From an uncultured Methylomirabilota bacterium (GTDB lineage Bacteria > Methylomirabilota > Methylomirabilia > Methylomirabilales > 2-02-FULL-66-22), in NCBI GenBank assembly GCA_963845565.1, contig CAWJSJ010000002.1:512001-576000 (forward strand): a stretch of 64,000 nt of DNA, given 5' to 3'. The position numbers were made by a program, and so were the translations under genes. The notes beneath the pieces were generated by a model. That model searched no databases, was not told the DNA's origin, and was given only the letters and a program-made list of their open reading frames with translations. Numbering within the stretch: the first letter of the stretch is position 1; every line of letters starts with the position of its first letter. Of the stretch, positions 20,184-30,708 are shown piece by piece.

Positions 20184-20897
20184 TCACGACGGCCCCGCTA
20201 ACGAGGTCCCCGTCTTCAGTATAGCAATCAAAGCCTCCGCCGCATCGTTGGCCAATCCCATCTCGCGGATCCCCGCCGCCGTTTGCTCGATGTCGTACTC
20301 CACACGGCGAATCTCAGCCACGCCGTTTCGGATCACCGCGTAACTCACCCGCGGGTCTCCATCCAGGGGCTGGCCGACGCTCCCCGGATTGAGGACCACC
20401 TTGGTCCACGCGCCGCGGCTCATGGGCACATGCGTGTGCCCGAGGAGCACGATGTCCGACCGCACCTCGGCGACTTCCTCTTTCATCTCCTCGTCGTCCA
20501 GGTCGGGCGTGATTCGATAGCTGAACAGGTGATCCTTCGGCGAGGCGTGAAAGGCGTGAAGGGTGTAGTCGTCGCAGCGGAACCTGATGTTCGTCGGCAG
20601 GTCACGCAACCAGGCTATCTCGTCCGCCGAGAGCCGTCGCCGGTGGTCTTCGAGCGTTGCGAGGGCCAGAGCGTGTTTGTGGACGGCAGCACCGGGATCG
20701 CCCCCGTGGCTCAGGGCGGTGTCGTGATTTCCGCGGATCACGTGGGTGGCCCGGTCGCGGACCCATGCGAGACACTCCCGCGGGAATGGGCCATAGGTGA
20801 CGATGTCGCCCAGGCACACCACGGCGTCGGCGTCCTCTTGGATCGCGTGGAGCGCCGGCCAGTTTGCGTGGATGTCGGAGACGACGAGGAGCTTCAT
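20184..20897 (-). CDS. Metallophosphoesterase family protein
   Basis: SDIHAN, CLGDIV.YGP, RGNHD, GHTHVP, NPGSVGQP. Confidence 0.92.
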   Translation of the reverse strand: MKLLVVSDIHANWPALHAIQEDADAVVCLGDIVTYGPFPRECLAWVRDRATHVIRGNHDTALSHGGDPGAAVHKHALALATLEDHRRRLSADEIAWLRDLPTNIRFRCDDYTLHAFHASPKDHLFSYRITPDLDDEEMKEEVAEVRSDIVLLGHTHVPMSRGAWTKVVLNPGSVGQPLDGDPRVSYAVIRNGVAEIRRVEYDIEQTAAGIREMGLANDAAEALIAILKTGTSLAGPS

Positions 20898-20996
20898 GGG
20901 CCGCGCTCCCTCACGATCAATGGGTTGCAGGGCGGGGGCTGGCGGAGATGCCGGGCAAGGCCGCCCATCACGCGACGGCGATCCGCGCGTCGTCCG

Positions 20997-21761
20997 TCAC
21001 TTCCTTTCGTCAGACGCGGCCCCGCCCGGCGCGTCGGGCGATGTTCCGTTTCGCGCGTCCGGACCGATCGCGCCAGCGCGACCCGCCATGGCGTCCAGCA
21101 CACGCTGCCAGCTATCGCCCTCGCCACCCATGGGTTCGGTCGCGAAGCGGTAATCGTTCTTCCGGATGAACTCCGTCAACTCCCCGACCAGCCCCGACCA
21201 CCTGTCTGCTTGGACCGAGAGCAGAACACGGAGGTTCGGATGATCCCGGCCGATAGTCATCGCGTGACAGAGGTGCTGCAGACAAAGACCCGCAGATGCG
21301 CTGAGACCTTCCAGGAACTCCTCCTCCTGAACAAACCCCAGCATCGCCGCAAGGTGGTCTCGCTCGGATTGTTGGCTCCGCACGCACAACGGGCATTGTG
21401 TCCGCATGTTCCACCAACCGACCAGCGCGAGGGGCTCGGCTCGCGGTGCGATCCGCTCGGATAGGCGTTGCCACCAACTACGCGGCCGAAGGCGCGTCCC
21501 GTCAGCCGTCACGCGCTCCAGCGCGCTCGTGAGGAGGTGGTGATAGATCACGGCCGTTCCGAGCCGGCTGTTCTGAATCCGGGGCAACACCCACGCGTGC
21601 CGGTTGCAGAACCCGCGGGATGCAAGCAGGCGCGCCCGCGTGACAGGATCGGTCACCTGTTCGTACAGCAGTTCGTCCAACGCCCTGAGGGACCCTTGCT
21701 CCAGCCGAGCGCACACCGGGCATCCCGGCTCTTTGAAGGCCGCCAGCAGCTCGTAGTACAT
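20997..21761 (-). CDS. DUF6062-like Cys/His-rich protein
   Basis: GCPVC, GFCNRH, CPLC, GLCLQH, EFIRKNDYRF; start may be GTG 21806/21815. Confidence 0.75.
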   Translation of the reverse strand: MYYELLAAFKEPGCPVCARLEQGSLRALDELLYEQVTDPVTRARLLASRGFCNRHAWVLPRIQNSRLGTAVIYHHLLTSALERVTADGTRLRPRSWWQRLSERIAPRAEPLALVGWWNMRTQCPLCVRSQQSERDHLAAMLGFVQEEEFLEGLSASAGLCLQHLCHAMTIGRDHPNLRVLLSVQADRWSGLVGELTEFIRKNDYRFATEPMGGEGDSWQRVLDAMAGRAGAIGPDARNGTSPDAPGGAASDERK

Positions 21762-22116
21762 GACGAACTTCGCGTCGGAGCGTGCCGGCCGAACCGCGGC
21801 CGTCACTTTTTGCACGATGCGCCCGAACCGCCCCACGCTAGACTCCAAACAAAAACTCCTACCGGGAAACCAGTAGGAGTCATCACCCCGCCGCTGGCGG
21901 GGACCCGCGAACCCCATCGCGACTCGATTAGGTTGTTTATGTCACGCCGTAGCGCCCAGCGTCAAGGGGTTTCCGCGCGGATCGCGGGGTTGCCGCTGGG
22001 GTTATTCTCGGCGTCTCCGCGCCGCCCATCTTCGGCGGAATACGGGCCGTCCCCCGGCAAGCCGACCCGGGTGGCGCCGGGCAACTCGTCGTGTGCTGGG
22101 AATAGGCGCGCGGTCC

Positions 22117-23970
22117 TCACGCCGGATGCTCTGCCAGGAGTGCCTCCAGGCCCTGCCGATCGACGACCTCTTTCTCCAGCAGGAGCTTCGACAGGGCGTC
22201 CAATGCCGCGCGGCGTTTGGTGAGCGTCTCGCGGACCCGCTCCCTGGCAGCGCCGATGATCGCGCGGATCTCGTCGTCGATCGCCTGGGCGGTCTTCTCG
22301 CTGTACTCGCGGCTCCGGCCGGCGCCGGAGACATTCAGGAACGGGTTGGTGCGGGGCTCCTCGAAGGTGACCAGGCCGAGCGTCTCGCTCATGCCGTACT
22401 GGGTGACCATGTGCCGGGCCAGGTCCGTCACCCGTTGCAGATCGTTCTGCGCCCCGGTGGAGATGTCCCCGAAGACGATCTCCTCGGCCACACGGCCGCC
22501 CAGGAGCACGTCGATCCGGTCCAGCAACTCCCCCCGCCGCATCAGGTAGCGGTCTTCCGTGGGTGTCTGGAGGGTGTACCCGAGCGCCGCCACCCCGCGG
22601 GGGATGATGGAGACCTTCGTCACCCGATCCGCGTTGGGCCGCGACTCCGCCACCAGGGCGTGGCCGGCCTCATGGTACGCGACCGTTTCCTTCTCCACCG
22701 GATTCATCACCCGACTCTTCCGCTCCAGCCCGGCGACGATCCGCTCCGCGGCCTCGTCGAAGTCCTGCATCGCCACCGTCTCGCTGCCGCGCCGCGCTGC
22801 GCGCAGCGCGGCCTCGTTGACGAGGTTCGCCAGATCGGCCCCCACGAACCCCGCCGTCCGGGCAGCGATCTCCACCAGGTTCACGTCCGGCCCCATCGAG
22901 ACGTTCTTGGTGTGCACCTGGAGAATCTTCTCGCGCCCCTTGAGGTCGGGCCGATCCAGGACCACCTGACGGTCGAAGCGGCCGGGCCGGAGGAGGGCCG
23001 GGTCCAGGATCTCGGGCCGGTTCGTGGCAGCCATGATGATGATGCCTCGCTGCGTGTCGAAGCCGTCCATCTCAACCAGGAGCTGGTTCAGCGTTTGCTC
23101 CCGCTCGTCGTGCCCGCCCATCGGATTCATGCCGCGCGCCTTGCCCAGGGCGTCCAGTTCGTCGATGAAGATGATGCAGGGGGCCTTCTGCTGGGCCTGC
23201 GCGAAGAGGTCCCGCACCCGGGCGGCGCCCATGCCGACGAACATCTCCACGAACTCCGAGCCGCTCATGCTGAAGAAGGGCACACCCGCCTCGCCGGCCA
23301 CGGCCTTGGCCAGGAGCGTCTTCCCGGTGCCGGGAGCCCCCGCCAGGAGCACCCCCTTGGGGATCTTGCCGCCCAGCCGTTTGTACTTGTCCGGCGTCTT
23401 GAGAAAGTCCACGATCTCCATCAGTTCGGCCCGGGCCTCGTCGATCCCGGCGACGTCCTGGAAGGTGACGCCGGTTTGCTTCTCCATGTAGACCTTGGCC
23501 TTGCTCTTCCCGAGCGAGACCAGGCCGCTGGCTGCCCCCATCCGCTTCATGAAGAACATCCAGATCCCCACGAAGATCAGGGCGGGCAGAATCCAGGAAA
23601 GGAGCGTGGTAAACCAGGTGCTTTCCAGCCGTCCGGCAAACTTGATCTTGGCCTCTTCCAGTTCTTTCACCAGGCCGGGATCCTCGACGCGGATGGCGAC
23701 GAACCGCTGCTCGCCGGTCCCGAACCGCTGAATTTCCGCAATCTTCTCCTTGGGCAGAAGGCCCTCCAGCCCTTCCTGCTTCATCCGACCGGTGATCATT
23801 CGGTCGGTGAGGGTCACCTCGGTGATCTTCCCGGCCCTGAGCAGCGCCTTGAACTCGTTGTACGTGAGGTTCTCGGTGATGGCGCCCATCAGGAAATTCT
23901 CGATGGCCAAAAGAACCAAGAATGCCGCCACGAAATACCAGATGGAGAACCGTCGCTGATTCTGTTCCAT
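22117..23970 (-). CDS. ftsH: ATP-dependent zinc metalloprotease FtsH
   Basis: [29 protein letters not shown]. Confidence 0.97.
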   Translation of the reverse strand: MEQNQRRFSIWYFVAAFLVLLAIENFLMGAITENLTYNEFKALLRAGKITEVTLTDRMITGRMKQEGLEGLLPKEKIAEIQRFGTGEQRFVAIRVEDPGLVKELEEAKIKFAGRLESTWFTTLLSWILPALIFVGIWMFFMKRMGAASGLVSLGKSKAKVYMEKQTGVTFQDVAGIDEARAELMEIVDFLKTPDKYKRLGGKIPKGVLLAGAPGTGKTLLAKAVAGEAGVPFFSMSGSEFVEMFVGMGAARVRDLFAQAQQKAPCIIFIDELDALGKARGMNPMGGHDEREQTLNQLLVEMDGFDTQRGIIIMAATNRPEILDPALLRPGRFDRQVVLDRPDLKGREKILQVHTKNVSMGPDVNLVEIAARTAGFVGADLANLVNEAALRAARRGSETVAMQDFDEAAERIVAGLERKSRVMNPVEKETVAYHEAGHALVAESRPNADRVTKVSIIPRGVAALGYTLQTPTEDRYLMRRGELLDRIDVLLGGRVAEEIVFGDISTGAQNDLQRVTDLARHMVTQYGMSETLGLVTFEEPRTNPFLNVSGAGRSREYSEKTAQAIDDEIRAIIGAARERVRETLTKRRAALDALSKLLLEKEVVDRQGLEALLAEHPA

Positions 23971-24016
23971 GGTGCGCTCCTGGTGAAAAGCTGATCTACG
24001 TCGATCCGCGCCTCGA

Positions 24017-24559
24017 TCAGTCCGTGCGGCCTCGCAGGCCTCCCGGGCCGCTCAGATAAAGGGCCCCTCCGATGAACAGGAGCCCGATGGCCAGGTACAG
24101 AAGGTCAAGGGGGGTCGCGTACGTCAGTTTCAGCGCATACTGAAAGAACTCGATGATCAGGACGAGCAGGATCAGCTTGGCAATACGATCCTTCAGGTCG
24201 TCCAGGCTCGTCACCCGTATCAGGCGCGGCATCGCGCGGGCCGTGGTCTCGGACGGATCGATCTTGTTGATGAACAGCTCGTAGAGTCCCATGGCAAAGA
24301 TCAACAAGATTGCCGCGATCAGGTAGACGTCCACCGCCTTGACAATGCCGGTCACCGTGGCCTCGCGCAGCGCCGCCCGCGCGGCGAATTCGAGGCTCGG
24401 GCTGCCGTACGAAAGGAGGCCCCCCAGGAGAAACAGGACGTCCACCGTGGCCATGTAGAAAGTCCCCGCGGCGAGGATCGTGCTGGCGACGACGGCCACC
24501 AGTACCAGCAATCGACTTTGCCACAGCATCTTTTCGAAGGAATGCCCCAGCGTTTTCAT
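24017..24559 (-). CDS. YqhA/UPF0114 family membrane protein
   Basis: VDVYLIAAILLIFAMGLYELFI, SLDDLKDRIAKLI. Confidence 0.85.
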   Translation of the reverse strand: MKTLGHSFEKMLWQSRLLVLVAVVASTILAAGTFYMATVDVLFLLGGLLSYGSPSLEFAARAALREATVTGIVKAVDVYLIAAILLIFAMGLYELFINKIDPSETTARAMPRLIRVTSLDDLKDRIAKLILLVLIIEFFQYALKLTYATPLDLLYLAIGLLFIGGALYLSGPGGLRGRTD

Positions 24560-24641
24560 TCCCGGTCCCCCGTGCGCGCGGCCGTCGGGCGGGACGGCTC
24601 ATCGCCGCATTATCGCTCCCGTGGCCGAGCCAAGCAATCCT

Positions 24642-27410
24642 TCAATGCGAAGCCGAGGCCGGCCGGGGCCCCTCGGGGGATGGATCGGCTCCCGCCGATC
24701 TCCGGTGGCCGTACCGTAGCCACTTCTCCAACCCCACCAGCGGAAAGGCAGCGAGGCCGGCGAGGAACGCCCACCCCCAGGACTCGAGGGACAGTGGCGC
24801 GGAGTGAAACAGCGCATTCATGAACGGCAGATACGTGAATCCGATCTGCAACAGCAGCATGCCCGCCGAGCCGACGAGGGCCCACGGATTGCTGAAGATG
24901 CCGACGCGGAGGACCGATTGTGAGAGTGACCGACAGTTGAAGAGATAGAAGGTCTGGACGACGATGAAGACCGCGACGGCGGCCGTGCGGGCCTCGTCCA
25001 CGCCTCGTCCCTGCCGGAGTTCCCACTCGAACAGACCGAATGCGCCGGCAAGCAGGATGGCGCCGACGGAAAAGATGCGGCCGACGAGTTCGCCGGTAAG
25101 AATCGGCGTCTTGGGGTCCCGCGGCGGACGGGACATGATGTCGGGCTCGGCGGGTTCGAACGCCAGCATGAGGCCGAGCAAGAGGGCCGTGGTCATGTTG
25201 ATCCAGAGTACCTGGACGGGCAGGATCGGCAGCGTCTCCCCGAGGAGCACCGCCACCAGGATCACCAAGCCCTGGCCGACGTTGGTGGGCAGGGTCCAGA
25301 TGATGAATTTGGTCAGGTTGGCGAAGACCGCCCGGCCTTCCTCCACCGCCGCCTCGATGGACGCGAAGTTGTCGTCGGTGAGGACCACGTCCGCGGCGCC
25401 CTTCGCCACGTCGGTTCCCGTGATGCCCATGGCCACACCGATGTCCGCCTGCTTGAGGGCCGGGGCGTCGTTCACGCCGTCCCCGGTCATGGCCACCACG
25501 TGGCCGCGTGCCTGCAGCGCGGCCACCAGCCGGAGCTTCTGTTCCGGGGTCACGCGAGCGAAGACGGCGCGCTCTTCCGAGACGCGGGTGAGCTCCGCGT
25601 CGGAGAATTCCTGCATCGCTCGGCCGGTCACCACGGCGGCCTCCGGAGCGCCCCGCGTCAACGATGCGGGAATCAATCCAAGTTCATGGGCGATGGCTCT
25701 CGCAGTCGAGGGGTGGTCGCCGGTGATCATTTTCACCGCGACGCCGGCAGCGTGGCAGGCCTTGACCGCTGCCAGGGCTTCCGGGCGTGGCGGATCGATC
25801 ATGCCCTGGAGACCCAAGAACGTGAGGTTGGAGGCAACGTCCTCGTGTCCGAGTGTGGTAGCATCGGCGGGGAATTCCTTCCGCGCGAGCGCTAGCACCC
25901 GAAGCCCGCGGGCCGCCAGGGATTCGAGGGCGGCGTGGGCGCCCTCGCCGTCCAACGACCCTGGTGTCCCGTCACCGCCCAGTGCGCTTCCGCAGCGCTC
26001 CAGCACCCGCTCCACCGCGCCCTTCACGTACGCGACGCGGGGGCGGCCCGGCCCCGCATCGTGGAGCGTCGCCATGTACTGGTGCTGCGAATCGAAGGGA
26101 ACCACATCCAGGCGAGGCCACGCCTCCCGTACCTCTTCGGACAGGCCCCCCTTGCGGGCCGCCGTCACGAGCGCTCCCTCGGTGGGATCGCCTTGCACAA
26201 CGAAGCGGCCGTCCGCCTCGGCCAGCGTGGCGTCATTGCAGAGCAGGCCGGCCAGGAGGCATTCGTGGAGGGCGGCTCCCGAGCCAGAATCGACCGCCCG
26301 GCCATCCAGCAGGATCGAGCCGATCGGCGCGTACCCCGCCCCCGTCACCTCATAGCGCGCGTTTCCCGCTACCATCACCTTGACGGTCATCTGGTTCTCG
26401 GTGAGCGTCCCGGTCTTGTCCGAGCAGATGACCGTGGTGCTGCCCAGGGTCTCCACGGCTGGGAGTTTTCGGATGATGGCGTGCCGTCGCGCCATGCGGG
26501 CCACGCCGATGGCTAGCGTGATGGTCACCGCCGCCGGGAGACCCTCGGGGATCACGGCGACCACTAACGCTACGGCGGCCAGGAAGGTGTCTACCAGGGA
26601 CTGCCCGTGCCACGCCCCGACGGCAAAGGTCAGTGCCCCAAAGCCCACGATGATGCCGACCAATGCGTGGCTGAACCTGGCGATCTTGCGGGTGAGCGGC
26701 GTCTCCAGGTCCGCCGCCTCCGCGATCAAGCCCGAGATCCGACCGATCTCGCTCCGGTCGCCGGTGGCCACCACGACACCGAGTCCCTGCCCGTACGTGA
26801 GGAGGGCGGACCCGTAGACCATGTTCTTCCGATCGGCGAGGACGACGTCGTGGGGGAGGACCTCGGCCATTTTGGCCACCGGGACCGACTCGCCGGTCAG
26901 GGCGGACTCATCCGCTTGCAGGTCCTTGGCCTGGATGAGCCGGACGTCGGCAGGAGCCTTGTCGCCAGCCTGCAGGAACAGGAGATCGCCCAGCACGAGA
27001 TCCGCTGACGAGACGCGCCGCTTCTCGCCCGCCCGCACGACAGTGGCCTCGGTGGTGAGTCGGCGCGAAAGCGCTTCGATGGCCTGCTCCGCCTTGGCCT
27101 CCTGGAGAAAGCCCACAACGGCGTTGATCAGCACCACGCCCAGGATGACCGCGGCGTCCACGGGGCCCTTGAGCACGGCCGTGACGAGACCGGATGCAAT
27201 CAGGATATATACCAGCGGCTGGTGAAACTGCAGAAGGAACCTGAGGACGGGTCCGCGGGCCTTCTTTGCGCTGACGACGTTGGGACCAAAGTGCCGCTGA
27301 CGACGCTGGACCTCGAATTGATCCAGGCCGCGCAACCCGTCAGTATCCAGGAGGTCGAGGACCTCTTCGGCAGGGAGATGGTGCCAGTGGTGCCCCAGGA
27401 GGCTTTCCAC
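24642..27410 (-). CDS. Cation-transporting P-type ATPase (type IIA-like)
   Basis: LTGES, IPEGLP, CSDKTGTLT, KGA, MTGDGVNDAPAL. Confidence 0.95.
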   Translation of the reverse strand: MESLLGHHWHHLPAEEVLDLLDTDGLRGLDQFEVQRRQRHFGPNVVSAKKARGPVLRFLLQFHQPLVYILIASGLVTAVLKGPVDAAVILGVVLINAVVGFLQEAKAEQAIEALSRRLTTEATVVRAGEKRRVSSADLVLGDLLFLQAGDKAPADVRLIQAKDLQADESALTGESVPVAKMAEVLPHDVVLADRKNMVYGSALLTYGQGLGVVVATGDRSEIGRISGLIAEAADLETPLTRKIARFSHALVGIIVGFGALTFAVGAWHGQSLVDTFLAAVALVVAVIPEGLPAAVTITLAIGVARMARRHAIIRKLPAVETLGSTTVICSDKTGTLTENQMTVKVMVAGNARYEVTGAGYAPIGSILLDGRAVDSGSGAALHECLLAGLLCNDATLAEADGRFVVQGDPTEGALVTAARKGGLSEEVREAWPRLDVVPFDSQHQYMATLHDAGPGRPRVAYVKGAVERVLERCGSALGGDGTPGSLDGEGAHAALESLAARGLRVLALARKEFPADATTLGHEDVASNLTFLGLQGMIDPPRPEALAAVKACHAAGVAVKMITGDHPSTARAIAHELGLIPASLTRGAPEAAVVTGRAMQEFSDAELTRVSEERAVFARVTPEQKLRLVAALQARGHVVAMTGDGVNDAPALKQADIGVAMGITGTDVAKGAADVVLTDDNFASIEAAVEEGRAVFANLTKFIIWTLPTNVGQGLVILVAVLLGETLPILPVQVLWINMTTALLLGLMLAFEPAEPDIMSRPPRDPKTPILTGELVGRIFSVGAILLAGAFGLFEWELRQGRGVDEARTAAVAVFIVVQTFYLFNCRSLSQSVLRVGIFSNPWALVGSAGMLLLQIGFTYLPFMNALFHSAPLSLESWGWAFLAGLAAFPLVGLEKWLRYGHRRSAGADPSPEGPRPASASH

Positions 27411-27503
27411 GTCTTACCCCGTCCTGGCAACAAAGACAGTGACTCGCGCCAAGCGTGCATCATACTACCGAACGATGCGTCATTCCAAGGGGGAAGTCCC
27501 GAT

Positions 27504-28547
27504 TTAGTGGACACCCGGGCCCGCAGGGGCGCCTGCGGCCTCGCGGACCTTGGGGAACAGCAGCGAGGCGATGACGGAGATGATGATGACCGCGGCGATG
27601 ATGCCGAGCGAGATGGTGATGGGGAATTTGCCGCCGTACAGGTCATTGAGCCACGCGATCTTCAGCCCCACGAACATCAGCACCACCGCGAGGCCGTACT
27701 TCAGCATGTAGAACCGATCCATCATCCCGGCAAGTAGAAAGTAGAGCGCGCGGAGGCCGAGGATCGCAAAGACGTTGGAGACGAAGACGATCAGGGGCTC
27801 TCCCGTGAGGGCGTAGATGGCTGGGACCGAGTCCACCGCGAAGATGATGTCGGTCACCTCCACGAAGAGCAGGGTCACAAACAGGGGCGTCGCGTGCAGG
27901 ACCCCGTTCAGCCTCACGAAAAACTGTTGCCCGTGAAGCGCAGACGTCACGGGAACGAACCGTCGGAAGAGCCGGATGAGGGGGTTCTTCTCCGGATCGA
28001 TCCCCTTCTCCGGTGCAAACATGATCTTGAGTCCAGAGGCGACCAGGAAGATTCCAAAAACCCAAACCACCCAGTGGAACTGGAGCAGCGCCGAACCGAG
28101 GACGATGAAGACGGCCCGGAACACGAGCGCCCCCAGGATGCCGAAGAACAGGACACGATGCTGGTATTTCGCCGGCAGGGCGAAGAATTTGAAGATGAGG
28201 ATGAAGACGAAGATGTTATCAACCGACAGGGACTTCTCCACGATGAAGCCCGTCAGGAACTCCAGCGCGGTCTCCTTGGCCGCCGCCGCAGCGTCGAACC
28301 CCGGAAGGGCGAGGAGTCGCGGGTCCTGGGGAAACGTCCAGAGCGCAAAGCGGTAGAGGCCGTAATTGAACGCGAGTGCCAGGCTTACCCACACCGCGCT
28401 CCAGGTGGCCGCCTCCCGGAACGACACTTCGTGGGCCTCCCGGTGGAACACGCCGAGGTCGAGCGCCAGAAGGACCAGGACACCCGCCAGGAAGGCCAGG
28501 TAGAACCACCAATATTGGTCAAAGGGAAAGAGCGTGATCTCGGTCAC
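27504..28547 (-). CDS. TerC/Alx family membrane protein
   Basis: EKSLSVDNIFVF, EVTDIIFAVDSVPAI, SNVFAILGLRALYF. Confidence 0.93.
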   Translation of the reverse strand: MTEITLFPFDQYWWFYLAFLAGVLVLLALDLGVFHREAHEVSFREAATWSAVWVSLALAFNYGLYRFALWTFPQDPRLLALPGFDAAAAAKETALEFLTGFIVEKSLSVDNIFVFILIFKFFALPAKYQHRVLFFGILGALVFRAVFIVLGSALLQFHWVVWVFGIFLVASGLKIMFAPEKGIDPEKNPLIRLFRRFVPVTSALHGQQFFVRLNGVLHATPLFVTLLFVEVTDIIFAVDSVPAIYALTGEPLIVFVSNVFAILGLRALYFLLAGMMDRFYMLKYGLAVVLMFVGLKIAWLNDLYGGKFPITISLGIIAAVIIISVIASLLFPKVREAAGAPAGPGVH

Positions 28548-28680
28548 CGAGTGTCTCCTCGCTCCCCCGAGAGGGAGTTGTCAACGGTGGTGCGCCGGGG
28601 AGACCGGCGAGGGGAGCCGATCGCCCCGGCGCGTTTTGTGTTCGTCAGATGTTTCGCCTCACCCAGGCCACTGGGCTCGA

Positions 28681-29544
28681 CTAGGCCGTGAGGCCGAGCC
28701 GCTGGCGCGCGAAAGCGCGCAGGCGGGCCACCCGCTTGTCCGTCGGCGGATGCGTGCTGAAGAGCTTCAGCATCCCGCCGCCGGCGAACGGATTCACGAT
28801 GAAGAGGTGGGCGGTCGCCGGCGTTGCGGCTTCCATGGGCACTTCCCGGCTCCAACCCTCGATCTTGCGGAGCGCGCTCGCCAGCGCCATGGGGTCGGCG
28901 CAGATCTCTGCGCCTCCCTCGTCCGCAACGAACTCGCGCGCCCGGGAGATGGCCATCTGGATCAGCATGGCGGCGATCGGCGCCACGATGATCCCCGCCA
29001 GGCCCGCCAGAGGGTTTCCGCCCTCCTCGTCCTCGGAGGAGCGGCCGAAGAGAAGCGCCCATTGCGCCATGTTGGCCAGCATGCTAATCGCGCCGGCCAG
29101 CGTGGCGGCGACGGTCATGACCAGCGTGTCGCGGTGCTTGATGTGCGCCAGCTCGTGGGCGATCACCCCGGCAAGCTCCTCTCGATCGAGGATGCGGACC
29201 AACCCGTGAGTCACCGCCACGGCGCCGTGCGCGGGGTTGCGGCCGGTGGCAAACGCATTGGGGGCTTCTTCAGAAATCATGTACACCCGGGGCGTTGGCA
29301 ACTTGGCGCGCTGGGCCAATCGGCGCACCAGCCCATAGAGTTCGGGCGCCTCGCGCTCCGTGACCTCCTGCGCGCCGTGCATGCGGAGGACGATGCGATC
29401 GGACCACCAGTAGGATGCGAAGTTCATCCCGCCGGCCAGGAGCAGGGCGAGGACGAATCCTTGCTGGCCACCCAGGGACTGTCCGATCCAAAGAAACAGC
29501 GCAGTCAGGGCTGCAAGCAGCATCGTGGCTTTCATGCGATTCAT
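28681..29544 (-). CDS. htpX: Zinc metalloprotease HtpX
   Basis: [30 protein letters not shown]. Confidence 0.95.
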   Translation of the reverse strand: MNRMKATMLLAALTALFLWIGQSLGGQQGFVLALLLAGGMNFASYWWSDRIVLRMHGAQEVTEREAPELYGLVRRLAQRAKLPTPRVYMISEEAPNAFATGRNPAHGAVAVTHGLVRILDREELAGVIAHELAHIKHRDTLVMTVAATLAGAISMLANMAQWALLFGRSSEDEEGGNPLAGLAGIIVAPIAAMLIQMAISRAREFVADEGGAEICADPMALASALRKIEGWSREVPMEAATPATAHLFIVNPFAGGGMLKLFSTHPPTDKRVARLRAFARQRLGLTA

Positions 29545-29562
29545 GGCTTCCTCCTCTGAACA

Positions 29563-29592
29563 GAAAAACCCCTCGCGCCGAGAGCACGAAGG
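29563..29592 (-). terminator. Intrinsic terminator forming the expression platform of riboswitch 1
   Basis: CCUUCGUGC-UCUCG-GCGCGAGGGG then UUUUU; 5' arm overlaps aptamer P1 3' strand. Confidence 0.65.
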
Positions 29593-29700
29593 GTCTTGAT
29601 CCGCTGGCCATGCGGCCACCGCCGGGAAACCGGACCTCCCGCGCGCGGAAGATCGTGGTGACGGCTTCACCGGACCGATTGGGCGACCTACTCCCCCTTG
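29588..29700 (-). ncRNA. yybP-ykoY (Mn2+) riboswitch 1, upstream of htpX-terC-P-type ATPase
   Basis: AAGGG-GGAGUA-GGUC…GCCG-UCACCAC-GAUC…CGGU…GAUC-AAGA-CCCUU fits P1/L1/L3 consensus. Confidence 0.85.
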
Positions 29701-29708
29701 TCGATGGC

Positions 29709-29761
29709 AGCATACCCGCCGAAAACACTCATGTCAAGAAGAACTTCGCATATGCGAATAT
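29709..29761 (-). promoter_or_regulatory. sigma70 promoter and palindromic operator
   Basis: TTGACA-N17-TATGCT (29737-29709); perfect palindrome TTCGCATATGCGAA 29745-29758 between divergent htpX and arsR. Confidence 0.7.
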
Positions 29762-29855
29762 ACAGAACAATCTGCTTGACGCATTGACGCGGGCGGACTA
29801 TTGTTTTGGGGTGGCGTCGGCCATGGCCTTTCCCTCACACAAGGAGATATGACCC

Positions 29856-30200
29856 ATGCCGCTCCGACAGCGCGTCGTCGAGGATGTGGCCCGACTTTTC
29901 GGGGTTCTCGCCCATCCCACCCGGTTGCGTATCTTGACTCTGCTGCACCAGGGGGCACAGGACGTCTCAAGTCTGCGCGATGCGCTCGGCGTTCCGGCGG
30001 CGAACGTCTCCCAGCACCTCGCCCTGCTCCGCTCTCACCATGTCGTCAGCATGCAGCGCAAGGGAACCCATATCTTCTACACGCTCCGCGACCCCCGGGT
30101 CGCCGACATCATCAACCGTTCTCTGGACATTCTGGACGACGACGCCTCCCAGGGGCGGGCGGTGCACAAGGCGATCGAACTGTTGCGGCTCAGAACGTGA
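29856..30200 (+). CDS. ArsR/SmtB family transcriptional regulator
   Basis: FGVLAHPTRLRILTLL, NVSQHLALLR, RKGTHIFYTL. Confidence 0.92.
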   Translation: MPLRQRVVEDVARLFGVLAHPTRLRILTLLHQGAQDVSSLRDALGVPAANVSQHLALLRSHHVVSMQRKGTHIFYTLRDPRVADIINRSLDILDDDASQGRAVHKAIELLRLRT

Positions 30201-30289
30201 CCGTCCCCGCCCAAAGGGCAGGGCTGTCGCGAACGGGGACGCTTTGGGCCGCATCAAGACAGCCCGGGCCAGGGGCCCTGGGGGTGAGC

Positions 30290-30690
30290 TTGGACCCGAT
30301 GAGTCAGGCAGTCGTCGGCGCCACGGCCGCCCAGGTCTTTCTGACCGACCGCTTGGGCAAGCAGGCGTTCGCGTGCGGCGCGGTGGGTGGGCTGCTGCCG
30401 GATTTGGACGTGCTCATCTGCTCCACCTCCGACCCGCTGCTGGCGGTCGAAATGCGCCGCTCGACGTGCTCACCTCCTACGGCACGCTGTGGCTGTGGCC
30501 GTTCAGTCGGGCGCGTCTCGAGCTCGACTGGATGGCAATCGTGGACCCGCTCTTCACCATTCCCTTGCTGATCCTGACGCTGATGGGGCGGGCGTGGTCG
30601 AAGCGGGGTCCCGCACTGCTCGCGGCGGCCTTCGCGCTCGCCTACGTCGCGCTCGGGGGCGCGCTCCACGCCGGCATTCGCGCGACAAGG
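30290..30690 (+). pseudogene. Inner-membrane metal-dependent hydrolase (YdjM-like) remnant
   Basis: LDPMSQAVVGA…LLPDLDV in one frame, LDVLTSYGT.WLWPFS…IVDPLFT in another; internal deletion and truncation. Confidence 0.75.
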
Positions 30691-30708
30691 TCGGGTGTCG
30701 CGGGGCGG

